49,735 nt of DNA from Clostridiales bacterium (GTDB taxonomy: Bacteria; Bacillota; Clostridia; Oscillospirales; Oscillospiraceae). Numbering within the stretch: position 1 is the stretch's first letter; each line of letters opens with the position of its first letter. The translations under genes and the position numbers were made by a program. The notes under the pieces were generated by a model, which did no database searches, was not told the origin of the DNA, and saw only the letters and a program-made list of their open reading frames with translations. The DNA is taken from assembly GCA_009774055.1 (NCBI GenBank), contig VSNB01000001.1, positions 1 through 49,735 on the forward strand, written 5' to 3'. Of the stretch, positions 45,313 to 49,735 are shown piece after piece.

Positions 45313-45344
45313 CCGTACCCTGGGGAGGGTGCGGCTTTTGTTTT
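45313..45344 (+). terminator. Expression-platform terminator of the B12 riboswitch
   Basis: CCGTACCCT-GGGG-AGGGTGCGG followed by CTTTTGTTTT. Confidence 0.7.
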
Positions 45345-45388
45345 GCCCGGAAGCTCAAAAAACGACAGATGCAAAGGAGCGCATACCC

Positions 45389-45784
45389 ATGAAGAAAAAC
45401 GGAAAACTGATTGCCGCCGCCATAGTGGTGGCGGCGCTGGCGATCCTGTTCGCCGGCGTCTGGCACTTTACCCGCCCCTCCGTCAGCCAGGGGTCCAAGA
45501 CCGTCACAGTGGAGGTGGTCCACAAGGACGAGAGCAAAAAGACCTTTACCTACCACACGGACGCGGAGTACCTGGGTGAGGTGATCCAGGCGGAGGGCCT
45601 GGTCAAGGGCGAAGAGGGCGACTATGGCCTGTATATCAAGGAAGTGGACGGCGAGACGGCGGACTACGACACGGACGGCGCCTACTGGGCCTTCTACCAG
45701 GGCGGGGAGTACGCCTCCCTGAGCGTGGACCAGACGCCCATCCAGGACGGCGACGCCTTCTCCCTGGTGTACACGGTTGGCTAA
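45389..45784 (+). CDS. DUF4430-like secreted/anchored protein (B12-associated family)
   Basis: Start at MKKNGKLIAAAIVVAALAILF behind AAAGGAG. GLYIKEVDG...GAYWAFYQGGEYASLSVDQ fits the DUF4430 pattern as I remember it. Under B12 riboswitch control. Confidence 0.7.
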   Translation: MKKNGKLIAAAIVVAALAILFAGVWHFTRPSVSQGSKTVTVEVVHKDESKKTFTYHTDAEYLGEVIQAEGLVKGEEGDYGLYIKEVDGETADYDTDGAYWAFYQGGEYASLSVDQTPIQDGDAFSLVYTVG

Positions 45785-46313
45785 GGGACGGCTGACTCTG
45801 GCGGAGACGGCGCTGTTCGGCCTGCTGGGGGGCATGACCTTCGCGGCCAAGCTGGCTATGGCGGCGCTGCCCAATATCGAGCCGGTTTCCCTCCTGGTGA
45901 TGCTCTTCGCGGTCACCTTCGGGCGGAAGGCGCTCTACCCCATTTACGCCTATGTCCTGCTGGAATTCGCAATGTACGGCGTCAACCTGTGGTCGGTCAA
46001 TTACCTCTATGTCTGGCTGATCCTGGCGGTGTGCGCCCACCTGCTGCGGGGCATGGAGAGCCCGCTGGGCTGGGCGCTGCTCTCCGGCGTGTTCGGCCTG
46101 CTCTTCGGCCTGCTCTGCGCACCGGTCTACGCGTTTACCGGAGGACCGGCCTTCGCGGTATCCTGGTGGATCAGCGGGATTCCCTATGACCTGCTCCACT
46201 GCGGCGGAAACTTTTTCATGGTCCTGGCGCTGTTCGTGCCCCTGCGGAAGCTGCTGGGCCGGCTGTACGGACGCATGACGGCCCAGGCAGGCGCGGAAGG
46301 GAAAACGGCCTAA
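45777..46313 (+). CDS. ECF S-component-like membrane protein (candidate cobalamin-specific, CbrT-like)
   Basis: About 6 hydrophobic helices, overlaps the upstream gene, and is co-regulated by the B12 riboswitch. The start is uncertain (TTG 45777 or a downstream ATG). Confidence 0.55.
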   Translation: MAKGRLTLAETALFGLLGGMTFAAKLAMAALPNIEPVSLLVMLFAVTFGRKALYPIYAYVLLEFAMYGVNLWSVNYLYVWLILAVCAHLLRGMESPLGWALLSGVFGLLFGLLCAPVYAFTGGPAFAVSWWISGIPYDLLHCGGNFFMVLALFVPLRKLLGRLYGRMTAQAGAEGKTA

Positions 46314-46323
46314 AATTGTGTGT

Positions 46324-46356
46324 AAAAAGCCCGGAGCATCCAGCTCCGGGCTTTTT
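46324..46356 (+). terminator. Rho-independent terminator after the B12 operon
   Basis: AAAAAGCCCGGAGC / GCTCCGGGCTTTTT. Confidence 0.85.
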
Positions 46357-46390
46357 GCGTCCGCCGCCGCCTTATTTTTTCAGTCACTTT

Positions 46391-46398
46391 GCCGATAA
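46391..46398 (+). promoter_or_regulatory. Sigma-28 (SigD/FliA)-type -10 box
   Basis: GCCGATAA lies 53 nt upstream of the flagellin-like start codon. The -35 TAAA is only partially matched (TTAT/CTTA). Confidence 0.45.
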
Positions 46399-46451
46399 TA
46401 CTACTAAACAGAACTGCACAGTTGGCAGTTTCGTGAAAGGGGGCGCTGGGG

Positions 46452-49400
46452 ATGGGCGAGCTGACCATTCGCAGGAACAGGGGGTTTGCCGTACCTCCAT
46501 ATCAGGGGACAGCCAAGACGGAGAAGAAAGCAGCCGCCGGGCAGGCTCAGAGCGTATCCCGGACAACGGGCTTCGCCGTTTCGGAGACGCTGCGGCAGCT
46601 GATGAGCCGGGTCAGCCAGGCGGAGAACCAGTCCCGGGAGAGCCGCCGGACCCTCCAGACCGGCGAGGCGGTTTTGGACGAGGTGCAGGACCGGCTGGGC
46701 CGGCTGGCGGAGCTGGCTGAAAAGGCCGCCGGCGGCGGCGCGTCCGACCGCGCCGCGCTCCAGGCGGAGCTGGAACAGCTTCGCGGGGAGATCGACCGCA
46801 TGACTGGCGCGGCCTTGGCCGGCGATACGCCGCTATTCCTGGACGGAGAGCTGGGCGTGGAGGACGGCGGGGCCGCGCTGCTGGACGCCATCATGGGTGA
46901 GACGTCCGCCGCGGAGGAGAATGTCCGCTCCCTCCCCGACTGGCTCCTGAAGGGGATCGCCCAGGGGGACATTACGCCGGAGCGGCTGCTGGCCGCCCTG
47001 GGGCTGGACCAGACTGCCGCCGGTCCGGAGATCCTGGCCGCCATCCTGGGCCGGCCTCTGGATGGCAATTACACCGCAGGATATCTGGCGGCCCTCTATT
47101 TGGGGGCGGTGATCGCCGGCGGCTCAACGGACTCCATCGACCCGGAGCAGGCCATGGAGGGCCTGCGGCAGCTGCTGGAGAAGGTGGCGGAGGGCCTTAC
47201 GCCCGATGAGGCCATCGAGCAGCTGACAAACGGGGAGTTTACCAGTTTCGAGGATTTCCAGAACCAGTTCATCAGCGGCACGGCTCCGGGGCTCCAGGAT
47301 TTTCTTGTGGAACTTTTGCTGGGCGAGGGAGGCTCCCAGCTGCTGACCGGCCCTGCGCTTCTGGCGTATCTGGCGGGTCTGGAGGGGATGAACCTGGATC
47401 TGCTGATGAGCCTGCTGACCAATCTCCAGAGCGGGGAAACGTCGCTGGAGGCGGACGCGGCGGGCCTGGCGGAGCAGTCCGGGCCGGACGCCGCAGCCGG
47501 ACGCGCCTCCGTGTTGCAGCTGGGGAGCATGCAGGTGATGGGGGCAGACCTCTCCGGCGTCTCCTTTGACGCCGCCTCCGGCCTTCTGACCATCGGCGGT
47601 ACGGCGGATGTGACCGTCCAAGGGACGGGACAGGGCGGGCAGGCGATTCTGCTTACCGGCTCCGGCTCCGTCACTCTGCAGCAGGCGGATGTCTCCACCT
47701 TGACCATCGCCTCCCCTGATGCCCGGATTTTCAGCGCGGGCAGGACCGCGCTGGGAGAGGTGCGCCTGCAGACGGGCGCGGCCCTCACCCTGGGCGGAGG
47801 CGGACTGCTGTCCGTGGGCGGCTTCCGGGGCGACGGGACCAATGTTCTGCGCCTGTCCGGCGGTGCGGTAGTCCTGACGGAGAAGAACAGCCAGACCCTG
47901 GCGGAGCTGGGCATCCCCGTGCTGGTGGAGGGGCCCGTGTCCCTGGCGGCGCGGGCGTCCCGGGTACGGGACCCCGGCGGGCGGGCTCTGACGCCTATGG
48001 ACGTGGTGTGGAAGACCCTCCTTCCCGGCTTCAGCGCCGTCACGTCCCTGACACTGGACGGCAAACAAACGCGGCTGGCCCTCTCGGCCAGGGAGCTTCC
48101 CGACCCCATCCGCCTGTGGCTGGCTAAGGGGGACTCCTCCCACGGCTCTCCTATCCACGCCCTGACGGTGCGGGGCCGGGACGAGTTCGGGCGGCCCCGT
48201 ACCCGATACGCTTACCTCCTCTGGAACCAGCGGGAGGGCTCCTTCCAGGAAACAGCCATGTACCCCAACCCCTTCACCGTCACCGGCGGCGAAGAGGGCA
48301 CGGACTGGGTGTATGAGGAGGAGTCTCACACCCTCCGCATCCTGTCCAATCAAGTGACCGCCATTGCCGGCGGCGCCGGCACAGACGCGAACCAGACTCC
48401 CTTCAGCGGCCGGATCGCCCTGGCGGACGGCATCGGCGATGTGACGCTGACCCTGGGGGGCGTAGCCTGCCGGGTGTCCAGCGGCAGAGCCTTCTGCCTG
48501 GGACGGGAGAACCATGTAAAGCTGCTGCTCCAGAGCGGAAGCAGCAACCATTTCGAAAGCGGCGAGGGCTTCGCCGGCATTTCCCTGGGGGACGGCGCGT
48601 CCCTGGAGATCGACTGCGCCAAAACCGGCAGCACCCGTGACCCCGCAGGCGTCCTCACCGCCGCCGGCGGCGAGGGCGGCGCGGGCATCGGACGGGACAG
48701 CGACGCGGGCCGTGACCGGACCAGCCGCATCCTCATCCGGGGCGGCGTCATCACCGCCGTCGGGGCCGGCGGCGGCGCGGGCATCGGCGCGGGGAAGCGG
48801 AGCCCCATGGGGCCGGTGACCATCACCGGCGGCGCCGTCACCGCCACCGGCGGCAAGGGCGGCGCAGGCATCGGCGCGGCCCTGGGAGCCCGGGCGGGGG
48901 ACATCAGCATCCGGGGCGGCACGATAGCGGCGGAGGCCGCCTGCCACGCCGCAGCCATCGGCGCCGGCGTCCAGGGGGAGAGCGGAAACATCCTCATCAC
49001 CGGCACGGCGCGGATCATCAAGGCCCTGGGCGGCGACCCCGGGGCGGACATCGGGGCCTGCCTCCTGGGGGGCTGCGGGAAGGTGGACATCACCGGCGGC
49101 GCGGACATTGGCGGCGCGAAGCTCCGCCCCCGGTCGGGGGTTACCCTGCGGATGGGGGAGGAAACCGTGACCCTTCCCCAGTTCCGTCTCTCCGCCCGGA
49201 CCCTGTGCCTGGATAAAATATCCGTGTCCACCCGGGAGTCCGCCCGGATTGCCGCCATGACCATTGAGGCGGACCGCCGCTGGGTGTCCCGGGTCCAGTC
49301 GGCTTACGGCGCGCTGTATGGCCGCCTGGAGCAAAACGGCCTGCGCAGCGTCTACCAGTATATCAGCATCACCCGCGTCCCTGTGCGGGACGCCGCCTCG

Positions 49401-49511
49401 GCCGGCGCGCTGCTGGCAGATATGCGGCAGGCTATTCCTCTCCCTGCCTCCCAGGCTATGCAGATCCACAGCGGGCGGGGCATGGAGGATGTTCGCCAGC
49501 TGCTGCGGTAA
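46452..49511 (+). CDS. Giant flagellin-family protein with a large beta-helix-like central insert (1019 aa)
   Basis: The N-terminal segment QTGEAVLDEVQDRLGRLAELAEKAA...SDRAALQAELEQLRGEIDRM...LFLDG parallels flagellin N-terminal D1. The C-terminal SAYGALYGRLEQ...VRDAASAGALLADMRQ...VRQLLR parallels the flagellin C-terminus. The centre has repeated GG.GGAGIG turns. Confidence 0.75.
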   Translation: MGELTIRRNRGFAVPPYQGTAKTEKKAAAGQAQSVSRTTGFAVSETLRQLMSRVSQAENQSRESRRTLQTGEAVLDEVQDRLGRLAELAEKAAGGGASDRAALQAELEQLRGEIDRMTGAALAGDTPLFLDGELGVEDGGAALLDAIMGETSAAEENVRSLPDWLLKGIAQGDITPERLLAALGLDQTAAGPEILAAILGRPLDGNYTAGYLAALYLGAVIAGGSTDSIDPEQAMEGLRQLLEKVAEGLTPDEAIEQLTNGEFTSFEDFQNQFISGTAPGLQDFLVELLLGEGGSQLLTGPALLAYLAGLEGMNLDLLMSLLTNLQSGETSLEADAAGLAEQSGPDAAAGRASVLQLGSMQVMGADLSGVSFDAASGLLTIGGTADVTVQGTGQGGQAILLTGSGSVTLQQADVSTLTIASPDARIFSAGRTALGEVRLQTGAALTLGGGGLLSVGGFRGDGTNVLRLSGGAVVLTEKNSQTLAELGIPVLVEGPVSLAARASRVRDPGGRALTPMDVVWKTLLPGFSAVTSLTLDGKQTRLALSARELPDPIRLWLAKGDSSHGSPIHALTVRGRDEFGRPRTRYAYLLWNQREGSFQETAMYPNPFTVTGGEEGTDWVYEEESHTLRILSNQVTAIAGGAGTDANQTPFSGRIALADGIGDVTLTLGGVACRVSSGRAFCLGRENHVKLLLQSGSSNHFESGEGFAGISLGDGASLEIDCAKTGSTRDPAGVLTAAGGEGGAGIGRDSDAGRDRTSRILIRGGVITAVGAGGGAGIGAGKRSPMGPVTITGGAVTATGGKGGAGIGAALGARAGDISIRGGTIAAEAACHAAAIGAGVQGESGNILITGTARIIKALGGDPGADIGACLLGGCGKVDITGGADIGGAKLRPRSGVTLRMGEETVTLPQFRLSARTLCLDKISVSTRESARIAAMTIEADRRWVSRVQSAYGALYGRLEQNGLRSVYQYISITRVPVRDAASAGALLADMRQAIPLPASQAMQIHSGRGMEDVRQLLR

Positions 49512-49535
49512 GCGGTTGAGTGAAGTGCAGGAATA

Positions 49536-49735
49536 AGGGTATACTAAACTGCGGCCCTGCGGGCCGCTCCGCTCTCTTCTTTCTTCGTCGAAGCGCGTTT
49601 CTTACCGCCCCTGCGGGGCGGCGGGGGCCCTCTTCTTATTTTACCTTTGCCGCCTCGACGGCGGCGGGGCCTTCTTTTCGCGCGAGCGAAAAGAAGCAAA
49701 AGGTCGCTCAAGGAACTACGTTCCTTGAGAATCCT
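49536..49735. repeat. Second hairpin array of the same mosaic family, cut by the window end
   Basis: Hairpins GCGGCCC-TGC-GGGCCGC, CCGCCCC-TGC-GGGGCGG, GCCGCC-TCGAC-GGCGGC, CTTCTTTTCG-CGCGAG-CGAAAAGAAG and CTCAAGGAAC-TAC-GTTCCTTGAG (49707-49729). The reverse complement aligns with 35761-35830. Confidence 0.75.

Noticed and set aside
45044-45916. A 290-aa minus-strand ORF spanning the B12 riboswitch and the DUF4430-like gene
   Set aside because: It overlaps a well-supported riboswitch and a + strand gene that has an RBS and a signal anchor. It has no motifs or RBS of its own.
1-49735. A search for defence systems, prophage, integrative elements, CRISPR arrays and tRNA/rRNA genes
   Set aside because: No integrase, transposase, recombinase, nuclease-helicase pair, reverse transcriptase, toxin-antitoxin-like pair, repeat-spacer array or tRNA-like cloverleaf was recognisable. 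The only mobile-element-like signals are the hairpin-array repeats and the low-GC hydrolase cassette reported above.

Overview
High-GC window (about 60-65% by eye) from a spore-forming Clostridia-type Firmicute. The spoIIGA-sigE pair, SLH proteins, solitary ECF S-components and overall composition recall Oscillospiraceae such as Flavonifractor or Intestinimonas, but this is unverified. Content is mostly core metabolism and envelope genes. (1) A tandem glycine riboswitch drives a full glycine-cleavage operon: a GcvT-SHMT-like fusion, gcvH, gcvPA, gcvPB, lplA and lpdA. A low-GC, frameshifted alpha/beta-hydrolase cassette interrupts this operon. (2) A response regulator / ABC transporter / histidine kinase detox-type module. 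(3) An FMN riboswitch with ribU. (4) Housekeeping and miscellaneous genes: a MATE pump, a small XRE-regulated membrane-protein operon, ftsEX, a divergent Fe/Mn-SOD-like gene, a large cytoplasmic hybrid histidine kinase, mpg, tagA-like, tmk, mltG and a U32 peptidase. (5) spoIIGA-sigE. (6) A dockerin-bearing M60-like metallopeptidase co-transcribed with an SLH anchor protein. (7) A cobalamin riboswitch with a DUF4430-like gene and an S-component-like gene. (8) A 1019-aa flagellin-like protein behind a sigma-28-type -10 box. I saw no rRNA, tRNA, CRISPR array, transposase, integrase or recognisable defence gene. The most unusual items are: (a) a 609-bp composite palindromic element at 35326-35934, made of mosaic hairpin arrays flanking a ~297-nt core with nested long-range helices, with a second related array at the window end; (b) a 68-aa membrane peptide that is 38% cysteine, encoded by microsatellite-like DNA and divergent from a radical SAM gene; (c) the GcvT-SHMT-like fusion; (d) the giant flagellin-like protein; (e) the dockerin-M60 / SLH pair. 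All calls rest on reading the sequence and remembered family motifs. No database search was run.
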